Made by a program: the position numbers and the translations under genes
The notes under the pieces: generated by a model
Databases searched by the model: none
Seen by the model: only the letters and a program-made list of their open reading frames with translations
What the model was told of the DNA's origin: nothing
NCBI GenBank assembly: GCA_002269645.1
Contig: NIVC01000301.1
Span: forward strand, 542,460-606,459
Direction of reading: 5' to 3'
DNA: 64,000 bases
From: Macrostomum lignano
Taxonomy: Eukaryota
Shown: piece after piece, positions 23,082 to 37,605 of the stretch
Position numbering within the stretch: position 1 is the stretch's first letter
How the letters are laid out: each line of letters begins with the position of its first letter

Positions 23082-25557
23082 TCTACAATGGATAGGGGCA
23101 TTTCCGTCAATTAGGCACTATCGGAAAATTACACTTCAACAAACAGAAAATGATGAATTGTAGCTTAAGCCAGCTAATTGAAGTCAAACAAGGACTTAAA
23201 CTGAAAAATACAACCACTTTTGCTCAATTTAAAGCTATTAAAGATTGTTAATCGGCAAAACTAATGTTGAATAAACCATTTTAAACTTACGTAGACGCCA
23301 CTTTTTTGGATGTCCAAACACACAATTTTTAACTTCAACATTAAATAAAAGAGCGAAGAAAACATTTTTTATAGTAATTCTCTTTGTTTCATGAAAAAAA
23401 CACATTAAACTTTGTTAAAATCATTCCTTTTCGTTACAACACCTGCAAGAAGTCATTGATTTTTGTCAGTTTTCTTGCTATACCAAAAATTATAAACAGT
23501 AAGTTTTTGTATCATTTGTACTCATGTTGTACCCTCTCATTTACTCATAAGGCTTTCAATCTACACGTTTTTTAGCTTAAATGAAGGAAAACATCTTTGC
23601 GATAATGTATCAGTATATTTTTTAGCAATGAATTTGCTTAATACATTTTTCTAAGACATTAATTTTTTTTCGATGTGACATCTTAACCACAAGATTGTAC
23701 TCATGTTGTACCCAATAATTTTTTTTAGTGCTTTTTATTAGCTGAAAACGATATATTTATGGATTGCTGACATACAGAGCTTCACAAAAAGTGGTCTGCT
23801 GAACCTTAATCTGTCAAAATACCTTAAATATTAACATTTAAATGTAGTAAGCACACTACTTACACGAGATGTATTTTCATGTTGTACCCTTTATTTTATT
23901 TTTCGCTAGTTTTTTTCTCAAAATCAGTCTTACAAGACTATCATTAAGTATAAAAGCTGGAAAATAAAACAGTTTCACATTAATTTCTTGTTTATTTATC
24001 AATAAAAATGTAATTTATATTTTGCACTATAGTATGTAGATAGTAATTTACATAGTATTAAATCAATTTTCCCCACATTTACTTGTAATATTGCTTCAGA
24101 AAAACTTTCTCTAGATTGTGGAAGCATATGCATTTCTTGCTGCTTGCAAAGTTGCACTGGAACTTCTGAATAATTACGGTGATCGGCTAGTTACTGAAAA
24201 GTAAAATTAGAGATTTACGTTCGGTATATCGCGCAGAAAAATTTTTTTGACAAAGTTAAAAAATATCGTATGAACTTATGCGCAAAAATAACAAAATCTG
24301 AATTGAAAAGTTGATTAAAAGCATTAAGAAACAGTTAAAAAATTATTGACTGAAAGAAAGTTAATTATAAGCAAGCAATTATGTCTCAATATAAAATTTT
24401 ATTCTCCTACGGTATTAATCGTCTTCTTAGATCAGTATAACTTTTATCGGCAACTTTTATTGTTACCAGAAAATTTCTTGTGCTTCTACAAGATAAAAAA
24501 AGAAATTTAATAACAAATTCTAGTTAGATTTCCTGTTTTCAACATTTTTCGTCTTCTTTGCACACTCGGACACAATTTGTGTCCCTATTTGGCGGAAATG
24601 CCCATAGTAATGTCCAATCTAGTACAGGATAGCCCCAAATGGACATTGGGGATATGGGGATACAGACGACGCCAGAGGAATTCCTCAATGTGTGTGTCAA
24701 AGAGAGTGTCGCTCGTGCCATGCATGTTGCAGATCTTGTGCTTTGCGTGGGCCCATGTGCCCTCCATGGTGTTGGTATGGATTGTTGGGTCCGCTGGATC
24801 TACGAAGTGCAGCCAATGGTTCACCGAGACATGGTTGGGTAGACCAGCGTATGCCAACCATCCATTGGTGATGATGCGCATACCCGGTAGTACAAACCGT
24901 TGGATGATTGGTACCAAGGTGGCAGCAGAGCAATCTGGAACGACTGTCATCATGCACTTGTTAGAGCCACGCTCGACCATACCCAGGACTGAGGACCCAG
25001 TGGCCCTCATGCCAGGCCCCCTGATGGTACTTACGATGCATAAATTTCGACTCGTTGATCTCGACCTCCTTGCCAGGGCTGCCCAGTTCGAGCGGGTGGT
25101 CGATGAGGAATTGTTGGCATATATCCCTCAGGAACTGGTGCCAGTCCATGATTGTACTCCAACTGCCAATGCCACATTGGCTCATTGCCTCTGTCAACTT
25201 AGTCTCCATGGACCACCAGTACGTCAGGTCGACAATCTGGACCAACTTCAAGTGCGAACCCTTGAAGAAAGAGCCTTTGCGGATGTTCACTTGGGCATGG
25301 CACACTCGACAGTCCCACGCGTATCCGTTGATGTAGCATTCTACCTGGCGCCGCTGCAGCCTCATGTTTGTTCCACATGGACAGTTGTGAGTGTTGGCAA
25401 GCAGATGGTACTTCGCCAACCACTGAATTGCAGACAGCGTGTCCTGGGTGACAATGTGCAGATCCCGTAGCAACATGTTGAGATTGGGTAGCTTGGTGGT
25501 GTTTCAAACCTCGTTTAACGGGATGATGAACCCAGGTGCTACAGGTCGCCCAGCCAT
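23082..25557 (-). pseudogene. Decayed Merlin/ISXO2-like DDE transposase
   Basis: Zn ribbon CPCG...WDCRVC; EVEINESKF, RKYH, HWVL/GMVERG, LPGMRIITNGWLAY, VNH...FVDP...HTNTMEGTW, EEFLWRR. Lesions: in-frame TGA at 25506-25504, 7-bp insertion near 24990, frameshift near the end; the last codons (YPL*) lie beyond the nested insertion. Confidence 0.9.
23096..24603. mobile_element. Non-autonomous 1.5-kb AT-rich TIR element nested in the Merlin transposase 3' end
   Basis: 23-bp TIRs GGGCATTTCCG(T/C)CAA(T/A)TAGG(C/G)AC, 20/23 identical; 4-bp TSD ATAG (23092-23095, 24604-24607); internal repeated motif actcatgttgtaccc; no coding ORF recognised. Confidence 0.85.
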
Positions 25558-26355
25558 GGCACTGAAGACAAGAAGATATAAGAAATTGAAGCTCAAAAAC
25601 AAGCAACTCACAAGCAACAGCTCCCTTAAACTGACACCCCCTTAAACTCTGTTCGCTCAAACTTTTGGCCATAGACACATTGCCAATCGACGTCATTTGA
25701 CTCAGTGGTACGAATTCAAATGTTAAAATAATTTACTGAATGGAAGTGTAGGATTGCCAATTAATATATATGTGGTTAAAGCCTAGATAATATCCAATTT
25801 ATAATTAATTGATATAATAATACAAATATAATGACTTTTTAATAATATTATATAGGATACAAAATGATACTTTTTGTCTTTTTGGGTCATTTTTTGAAAT
25901 TCAATTAAAAGGTTTTACTAATAATGTAATATTTTTTATCTTGAAAACTCATTAATGTTTTTTACCAGATTATAATAATAATATAATATAATATAAGTTA
26001 TAATATAATTCCTAAAATAACTATATTACGATCATTTAAATATGACAATTTAATTGTAAAAGAATTGCTAATACTAATAGAGTTTGTTTAATCTTATAGC
26101 TTTTAGCAATATTAATTATACTATAACTGATAGTGATACTATTTCTATATTAACTATACCAACTTTACGGTGTTAGATCATACTATACCATATGGTACCA
26201 AGTCATACCATATAGTGCTAGATTATACTATATAATGCCAGATCATACTATATAGAAATATTACAATATTATATATCCCACTTTGCTAATGCCTTGCATT
26301 GCTTTGCTAATTGCTTTGCTAATGCTAATGCTAATGCCACCCCTCATTTTGCATA

Positions 26356-26841
26356 TGAGGGGTGTTGCAAAAGTTTCCAGACTAATGCTCTTCATGGTGA
26401 TAATTTTAGTCTGATTTAGCAAAAAATTTACAAACAAACAGGCAACTTGTATTTTATAATATTATAAAGTTTTAGAAAGTTTAGAGTTGATGGTTAATAG
26501 TAATAAGCGATTGTACACTAGATTATTTATAGTCATGAAATATGATTTCCGAGTTACAGCTACCAATCACTGTCACTGTCGCTTCTATTGCCGGATGTGT
26601 CCATAGATTGATTGCTGGCTCGCTCCACGTATTCGCCATTTACAGAGATGAATTTTTGGTAGCGCTCAATCAGCTTGTCAAAGCCAGACTCCCAGAAGCT
26701 GGCATCAAACTGACGCAGAGACTTGTTGGCTGCTTCGATGACCTCCTCGCACGTTGTGAAGATCTTGCCACGCATTGGCATCTTCATTGGGCCAAAGAGG
26801 TGAAAATTGGCAATGGCAAGATCGGGTAGAAACAAGAACAC
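26356..26841 (-). mobile_element. Mariner (Tc1/mariner) 3' fragment
   Basis: PDLAIANFHLFGPMK...KIF...EV...FWESGFDKLIERYQKFISVNGEYVE resembles the mariner C-terminus; TA followed by TGAGGGGTGTTGCAAAAGTTT resembles a mariner TIR; other end not found. Confidence 0.8.
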
Positions 26842-28457
26842 CTATAACAATATAACTATTTTTAGGCTGAAACTAGAACAGCTTAAAGCAAAAATAGTTA
26901 CCATTTATTGGCATTTAACATTTATAAAAACATTTTAAAATGTTTAGCTTTTTCTTTAAATATCCCAAATAGTTTTGATAGGTAAATAAGATTAGTGAAA
27001 TTGGCTTGGACCTATATATAATATAAAATTATATTATTTAGATAAAACACATCATAAGCAATTCTTTTATCAAGTATACCTACTTGTGCCTACCTTTGAT
27101 TTGCACAAGCACCAGTTGATTTTGAAGTATGGGTTCTACTATTATAGCACACATTAACAATTTCATAATATTTATGCAAGGGGTTAGAAACTTTAAGAAT
27201 TTGGCATTGAGATTTAGCAATTATATGAGTTTCTTTAATTTTAAGATATATAAAACATTTTTCTCTAAATTCCTAAATAGTATCATCCAAGCTAGTAAAT
27301 TATTCAACATTGCAGCCAATATAGAAAAAGGATGCTTGTTTATCTAGAAGTTCAAGATCATTTTGAACTTCAATAGACTGAGAGTCAGACATATTTAATA
27401 GTTAGGGATCAAAATTTTGTTTAGCTAGGCCTAGTATCTAGAAGTTATACACAGTAAAGTTAAAGAGTATATATTTGAATGTCACTTAAGTTATAGAGAT
27501 ACTTGTAAGTATAATATAACAAATTAATAAATAGCAGTTAATAGAATTAGCTTACACAGTAAAGAATTTCTTTAAAAAGTGTCCTATAAACCTAATCTAT
27601 ATAATACTTGTAGTATTACTATGTCTAAAAAATCTGAAGCAAATTACATACAGTGCAACATATGCTACAAGTATAATATAGGGCCTATCATTGTAGTGTA
27701 CTGTGACAATAAGTTTTAAAATTATTCTCATAATGCAGATAATTGGCCACTATTCTCATGGTATCATGACAATAAGCCCTCCCATTTAAAAAACTACAAT
27801 TTTCGTATGCCTGAGCCAAAGGCGAGTGGCCACCAGTCAGTGGTAGATGTATCTAACTGCACCTTAAACCTTGTTTAATTTGACTCATTAGACTAGGCTA
27901 GGCCTAGTTATGGACTCATATCTCAATAGGGTTTGCGCACAAAAATTATTATTCTAGGGTTATTGGGGTATTAGTCACTTTGTTAATTGGGTTGACAAGT
28001 TAACCAATAAAGTGTAAGATTGATGAAATTACCATGTTGTTATATGACTTATATAAGGACTAACCCCTAAGCCATTCAATGTGCATGCCTATGCAGGGGC
28101 AAATATAAAAAAATTGAGAGGGGGCCCAAGCTATGCCAAGCATTACAACCCAATATTGGAAAATAAACCTAGCATAGTTATAGGCCAAAAAAGTGTGGCC
28201 TATTTTTTGGCCATAGCTAAGAGGGCATATATATATAATATATTATATATAAACTTGAATTTTTGTAGTTTTAACTTTAATGATAACATCAGTTTGAATC
28301 ATTTTGTGTTGGCAGTCTGGTTGTTATCATATAATCATAAAAATAAAGTCTATTCTAATATGCTAAGTATGCTATGAAAAAATGTCTAAACTGCTAGTCT
28401 AATGAACTGATTAACTATACAACAAAAATCCTCAGCGCTGCAAGCAGAACCGCCAGA

Positions 28458-29024
28458 ATGTCAGACAATCAGCGGCCAGTCATGGTGTCGCCCTTCTTGA
28501 ACTTTGACCCAGCCCTCATCAATGTCAACCAAGGCAATGAGCAGCAGTACATCTTTGCTGAGGGCGGCCAGGGCCGCGGCCGCTTCGAGCGAGCCTTCTC
28601 CGCCATCGGCGGCTGCGTCCTTGGCGGCGTCTCCGTTGGCGGAGCGCGCGGCCTGTACTCCGGCCTGACGGACGCACAGATGAACAGCTTGAGCAGCAGC
28701 ACGCTGCGGCGCAGCCACCTGCTCAACCACATGGTCCGCAGCGGCGGCTCCCTGGCCCAGACGGCCGGCTGCATCGGCCTGTTCTACGGCATCTACGACT
28801 TCACTTTGTCGAAGGCGCGCGGCGATGTTGACGACAATGCGAACACCATGGCTGCCTCAGTGCTCACCGGGCTCACCTACAAGCTGCCCGGCCTGCTTAG
28901 CGGCGACAGGCGCGCCGGCCTGATGGGTCTGGCCAGGGGCGGCGCCGCCGGTCTCGTGGTTGGCGCCTCCCTGGTGGCGCTCACCACTGGCGAGGGCGCC
29001 AGGCGCCTGCTTGGCGGAGACTGA
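28458..29024 (+). CDS. TIMM23: Mitochondrial import inner membrane translocase subunit Tim23, 188 aa, intronless
   Basis: SPFLNFDP...YIFAEG...RGRFERAFSAIGG...LLNHMVRSG...RGDVDDNANTMAASVLTGLTYK matches the Tim23 pattern. Confidence 0.92.
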   Translation: MSDNQRPVMVSPFLNFDPALINVNQGNEQQYIFAEGGQGRGRFERAFSAIGGCVLGGVSVGGARGLYSGLTDAQMNSLSSSTLRRSHLLNHMVRSGGSLAQTAGCIGLFYGIYDFTLSKARGDVDDNANTMAASVLTGLTYKLPGLLSGDRRAGLMGLARGGAAGLVVGASLVALTTGEGARRLLGGD

Positions 29025-29657
29025 TTGAATAGCCGTAGCTTCGGGATTGTTATATTTGAGATCAACAAAAGTCTAGTTTTAGGCCAGCCACTTGACCCAG
29101 AAGTTCTTTTTAGTAACAAGGACTATCAGTATATATTGTTGGATCTGACGGGTTTTGCAGCAAATTCCGTGAATTCGCTTTTATCATCTCAATATGCAGC
29201 CAGTGCGGCCGTTTGAGCTTTAAATTGGCTTTGTTTAAGCTAGCTGTAGCCTTTTATATTGCTCCTGCTCAAGTATGTGCCCACCTATTGATTGAGTTCA
29301 GACTAGCGTATGCGACAACATCTACTAAAGTACTTTTGATTAGTAAACTACAGCTCGTGAACAACTGGGCTGTCATGCAATGCAGTGGACAGGTTATGCA
29401 TGCTTGCTTCACAGACAGGTGCGTCCAAGTCATCTGTGAATTCCTTCAAATGCAACTCAATATATTATTATTGCTAATCGCAGAACTGAGTCTGAGATTA
29501 ACTGTATTTTAATCGCTTCAGTTCGCTTTGGTCTTGCATTGCCTTCGTATTTTTTATGAAAGTTTCAGTAGCAAAACTGATTTACCAAACTGAAGTTTAC
29601 AGACAAAGGCATACTTTTAATTTCTTAAATTGCTTGTATAGTTTATACATGCACGAG

Positions 29658-29860
29658 TAGCCTAGTAAGGGGTTGTAGCCTGAAAAGTCGGGAGTTCGAT
29701 TCTTGACCCACTGGGAACAATTTGTGTCCTTGAGCAAGATACTCTGCATTCCTTCAGTTCAGTAAAATGGGTGCCAGCATTAGCTGGGTTAATTGGGGTG
29801 TGTGAGGCGACCCCCCAGTCCTTGGACTGAACAGCCGTACGCAGCCATCAAAACAAATAA
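29658..29860 (+). mobile_element. Probable degenerate tRNA-derived SINE
   Basis: A-box-like TAGCCTAGT, B-box GAGTTCGATTC, then GTGTCCTTGAGCAAGATACT and AAAATGGGTGCCAG resembling conserved SINE central motifs, and an A-rich end. Confidence 0.55.
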
Positions 29861-30400
29861 CTTCTAGGTTCAATAACGTGCAAACACTTTCTTTTATTGT
29901 TGCTTCTAAAAGAAATGGCAGAAAACAAGCAAATTCGAAAACCAAAGAAAGTGCAGAAGAGGATGCAAGTTAACAATAAGTGCTGAACAGAATCCAAAAA
30001 AAAATTGGTACCTCGACGAAATTGGGTTCTACAAAAAGTTTACCAAAACTCCTTGCGAAAGTGTTCAATCCGAAGTTTATCTCGAAACGGTAGAGTTTGG
30101 AAAATCAGTTTCTGATTTATGCGGCTTAAAGATGAAAAAATGTTCTTTCCTGAGGTTACGTAAAACCAACCTTAGAGCTATGCACTTTTAAATTGTGCTA
30201 TTATAGTGCGCTTACAGTACAGATGGAAATTTATTGAAACTGCTTCGTTTAGAAGGAGCCGGCCTTCTTATAATTAAAATTTTATAGATCCGGCAGAAGA
30301 TTTAGTACAGAAGAATTTACAAAACAGAACACTTGTACTTCTTGGCGAATTCGAAGCCTCTCCATCAAGTTTCTAGTCAAGTCGAACTTCCGCTTAAAAG

Positions 30401-33143
<2,743 letters not shown>

Positions 33144-34188
33144 GATCTGTGCGTCTCCTGGACTGAGAAACTTGCAGTAAGCGAGCGCTGCACTCCGTTT
33201 GAGCAAGCGCTTGAAAACTCGAGATTTAAATTCGAATGGGTCAACTAGATACGGCCAAACTGTATGAGTTCAGAAGGGTGCGCTAGGGGCTGAGGGCCAA
33301 GGGCCAAAGGTCCAAATTTTGCTAGGCTAGGAGGGGTGGGGCTATACTTGCATTCTTCTGAGGGGTTGGCGGGGCCAGTGCACGGCAGTGGGTGTAACAA
33401 TGAGTTGGTTTGCCCAGGTATAAACGCAGTCCCTGTACGTTCGGGCTAAATTTTGTGGAAAGGAAAGAGAGTGCGCCCAGAATGCTAACTTGGCCCGGAC
33501 CAACCAACCACGCTTCCACACTATCAATGGAATAGAAACATGCCCCTGCCATAAGTGTACACTAATATGCCAGGGGTGTTGCTGGCTTCAATTAGGGCAG
33601 TGGAGCCTAATAGGCTTGTGCGACATCACGTGGCACATTTATAATCACCGGCCTGCACTCTTATTAGCCTGCCCTGCAGGCAGGGGTACTTTAAATTTCT
33701 TAGGCAGGAGAAATATGCACTTTTGAAAGCTGAGAGGCTGAATGAAATTTTGCTCAACGCAATTAATCGAAAAATGTAGTTCCCATAAGCTGGAATTGAT
33801 ACAGTATAACACTGCACTCAGTTCGAGAATCTTGATTTGTCTATGGCCTGCCCTCTCGAGCTGATTCCAACTCTTTGTCAAAGAATTTATTCTAGATCTT
33901 GTAAATAAATTACTATAAAGTACTCTAGATTAATACTTATCAGCTAATGATCAGCATTTTGTCTCAAGGACCACTAGGAACACTTCGTATAGTCTAGTAG
34001 TCCTTGGTTTGTCTATGGCCCGCAAGGCGAGTTTAGAATGTCTATGGCCTGACGGCCAGTACAGTCAGTCGTAGGAGGGTCAGCTAAAAACAGATCTTAA
34101 CAAGTGCGACAGAAGCCAGCTGCTCAAATCCCAAAGTGTCTCTGAATTGAAACTGATTTTTCCGAGTCTTACTTGAACAAACAAAACA

Positions 34189-34409
34189 ATGGCTCAGCTC
34201 CAGCTCCTTATGCTGCTCATCGCCATCATCGCGTTGCTAAGTGAGTAATCATTTCTTTGAATTTCATAATTTCTCATTCAATCATCAGCCTCATTGTCTA
34301 ACGCGCGATTTGTCCGTCTGCAGTTCCAGGTCTCGCCGAAGGCTGCTTTGAGCGCAGCATCAACAGACTGGATCAAGACGAGGATTTCAGAAAGAAGCGA
34401 TCAGTATGA
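34189..34409 (+). CDS. Small secreted peptide precursor, 45 aa: MAQLQLLMLLIAIIALLIPGLAEG-CFERSINRLDQDEDF-RKKR-SV; exons 34189-34240 and 34324-34409
   Basis: aaacaATG context, hydrophobic signal with an A-E-G cleavage site, consensus donor A|gtgagt, acceptor tctgcag|TT in frame, AATAAA at 34526. Confidence 0.75.
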
Positions 34410-35244
34410 GCGAGCCGTGTCTGCGGTCCATTGACTATGAAGACGATTGATGAATTTCAATTGTTTTTTCGAGTTCTTTATTTGTTTCTTTAAGCTTCCT
34501 GTTTAGCCAGTCTATTATTCATCCAAATAAAATATTGAATATTAGAAAGTTGAGTCAAAAATGGTTGGCCATAAGCGCATATGTTTCTTTGACGCCTTTC
34601 TTTGACGAAAATTGTTGATGGGGAAGCGAGAGCTCGGCTTTTGCTGGAAAGTTGTTTTTGCCAGTTTTTCGTGTCCGCAAGCCCAACGAATCCTGCATCG
34701 ATTTTTCATCAATCCACCCAAACACGAAGGTCGCTCTTGCTACTTAAAGTAGCAAACACTGCAAGGCCAATCGAAAAGTAAAAGAACAAATGCAGCACAA
34801 GGCAAGAGAGGCCAGTTTTCGGTCTCTGATGAACTGCAGGGAAATGAAAAAGAAACTTTCTGTGAAAAAGCAACAGTTACAAAAAAATATCGGCATCTTA
34901 AGAGTTGCAGCAAATGAAGGCTGACTTTTTACCTCTGCCAGCTCAGTCTCAGCTGTACTGCTCTGATGGATCTGCTCGGATAATCAAAAATCTATTCCCT
35001 ACTTCCTTTCCTGGAATCTGGGTGTCATGGATACGAATCAATAAAAAACTGTAGACAAACAACCACTGCTCTGCTATCTAAACGGTTAGGGTTACATTAA
35101 AATTCATACTCTGCCAAAACTTTTTTCTAATAAAAAATGGAATGTCTTGCATTTCATTTGAAAGATTTCATCATAGGCAGTGCCCGCCACGGGAAGGCTC
35201 TCAAGTTTCCCCTGGAGCGGCAACGGGAATGAGTTTCTATTTAT

Positions 35245-36601
35245 TTTGAGAACTGCACAATCTCACTAGAAATCTCTTTGAAAACTACAAAAACCCACTA
35301 GAAATCTCTATGAGAACTGCACAATCTCACTAGAAATCTTAATGAGAACTGCACAATCTCACTAGAAATCTCTTTGAAAACTACACAATCTCACTAGAAA
35401 TCTCTATGAGAACTACACAATCTCATTGGAAAATCTCTATGAGAACTACACAATCTCACTAGAAATCTCTATGAGAACTACTGCACAATCTCACTAGAAA
35501 TCTCTTTGAAAACTACACAATCTCACTAGAGATCTCTATGAGAACTACACAATCTCACTAGAAATCTCTTTGAAAACTACACAATCTCACTAGAAATCTC
35601 TATGAGAACTACACAATCTCATTGGAAAATCTCTATGAGAACTACACAATCTCACTAGAAATCTCTATGAGAACTACTGCACAATCTCACTAGAAATCTT
35701 AATGAGAACTGCACAATCTCACTAGAAATCTCTATGAGAACTGCACAATCTCACTAGAAATCTCTTTGAAAACTACACAATCTCACTAGAAATCTCTATG
35801 ATAACTACTGCACAATCTCACTAGAAATCTTAATGAGAACTGCACAATCTCACTAGAAATCTTAATGAGAACTGCACAATCTCACTAGAAATCTTAATGA
35901 GAACTGCACAATCTCACTAGAAATCTCTTTGAAAACTACACAATCTCACTAGAAATCTCTATGAGAACTGCACAATCTCAGTAGAAATCTCTTTGAAAAC
36001 TACACAATCTCACTAGAGATCTCTATGAGAACTACACAATCTCACTAGAAATCTCTTTGAAAACTACACAATCTCACTAGAGATCTCTATGAGAACTACA
36101 CAATCTCACTAGAAATCTCTATGAGAACTGCACAATCTCACTAGAAATCTTAATGAGAACTGCACAATCTCACTAGAAATCTTAATGAGAACTGCACAAT
36201 CTCACTAGAAATCTCTATGAGAGCTACACAATCTCACTAGAAATCTCTATGAGAACTGCACAATCTCACTAGAAATCTCTATGAGAACTGCACAATCTCA
36301 GTAGAAATCTCTATGAGAGCTACACAATCTCACTAGAAATCTCTATGAGAACTACACAATCTCACTAGAAAATCTCTATGAGAGCTACACAATCTCACTA
36401 GAAATCTCTATGAGAACTGCACAATCTCACTAGAAATCTCTATGAGAATCACACAATCTCACTAGAAATCTCTATGAGAACTACACAATCTCACTAGAAA
36501 TCTCTATGAGAACTACACAATCTCACTAGAAAATCTCTATGAGAACTACACAATCTCACTAGAAATCTCTATGAGAACCACACAATCTCACTAGAAATCT
36601 C
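35245..36601. repeat. Minisatellite, 30-33 bp (gagaactacacaatctcactagaaatctctat), ~44 copies
   Basis: Tandem units with variant blocks. Confidence 0.95.
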
Positions 36602-36740
36602 TGGTCGCAAATCCGAGTGCGCGAGAGATTCCAGCTTACAACCCAGCGCTGCGCCTGATTGGATCTTAGGCTATTCAGCCATTTCAGCCACCCCTCCAGC
36701 AAGTCGCAGTCAGAGTGGCCCAGAGATATGCGTCGCTCTT

Positions 36741-36746
36741 TATAAA
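36741..36746 (+). promoter_or_regulatory. TATA box candidate for the lectin gene
   Basis: TATAAA ~105 nt upstream of the ATG at 36848. Confidence 0.4.
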
Positions 36747-36847
36747 CACAGGAGCTTGCAAGAGGACTGTCGTGAATGCCCTGGTGGAGCCCCGTTGCAA
36801 TAAGTCAGACATTTAAATTTCAACAAGTCAGATCGAGGAACTCCAGA

Positions 36848-37605
36848 ATGCTGCTGCACGCCCTGCTGCTGCTGTGGGCGGCGCCTCCGCAGCTGCTGTC
36901 CGAGTCCTGCAGCTCCCCAGAGCCGCCTTCCACCCAACCACTGGCCTGGACTGCGTGAGCTCCGACTTCACTCGGACACTGTCCGGTCTGTGCTCACCGC
37001 TCGAGTGCAGCCACGCCTGCGCCAACAAGCGAAGCTGCCAGGCCTTCACGGTGAGGAGCAGCGGTGCCTGCCAGTGCAGGCTGTTCGAGTTCGACAAGTG
37101 CAGCCACCGCGTGCAGTCGGTGCCGAACTGCACCAACCAGGTGACTGTGTATGTGAGGTCTCTGCCTGGCGTGCCTCCGGGCCACCTGTGCCCGCCCAAA
37201 TACCGGCATGCCAGGTACGGCACCTCCTACAAGCTGGTCACCGCGGGTGCTGCCACCTGGAGCGCTGCCAGCCAGAGCTGCAGCTCGGATCCCGGACTGT
37301 CCAAGTTCGCTGACGCAATCGACCTGGACGAAGCCGAGTACCTGCAGCTGCTGCAGCACCGAATCGCCAGCTCCAGCAGCTTCTTCATCGGCGGGCGCGC
37401 TGAGCAGCCCAGAAACAAATCGAACTGGTTCTGGACGGCCTGCCAGCTGCCCGTTGACCCGACCGTCTGGCACTCCGGGGAGCCGAATACTGACGCACCG
37501 TCTGCCTGCGCCAGCCTCTACAGCGGTTTTTCGTCCGGTGGCCAGGACGATACACACTGCGATGCGGTCCATGGATTCGTCTGCGAGTGCCAGTCCGTGT
37601 TCTGA
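36848..37605 (+). CDS. Secreted PAN/Apple + C-type lectin protein; signal peptide separated from the body by a 1-nt frameshift near 36873
   Basis: Adding one G gives MLLHALLLLVGGASA. PAN-like ECSHAC...CQAF...CQC; CTLD CPPKY...YKLV...TWSAASQSC...WFW...WHSGEPN...C...DDTHC...GFVCEC. Confidence 0.75.

Larger units (their letters stand above)
22922..25758 (-). mobile_element. Merlin (IS1016/IS1595-related) DNA transposon, both ends present, with a nested insertion
   Basis: TIRs GGCAATC(T/C)TACACTTC..TTCAGTAAATTATTTT(G/A)ACA, 34/38 identical (22922-22959, 25721-25758). Perfect 8-bp TSD AATTAATA (22914-22921, 25759-25766). Internal transposase pseudogene. Confidence 0.92.

Noticed and set aside
24585-25557. 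Bacterial IS1595 contamination or recent horizontal transfer
   Set aside because: Merlin is an established eukaryotic superfamily; the element is integrated with a TSD in host DNA and heavily decayed
29658-29720. Functional tRNA gene
   Set aside because: Only A/B-box-like remnants, no cloverleaf, followed by SINE-like body sequence
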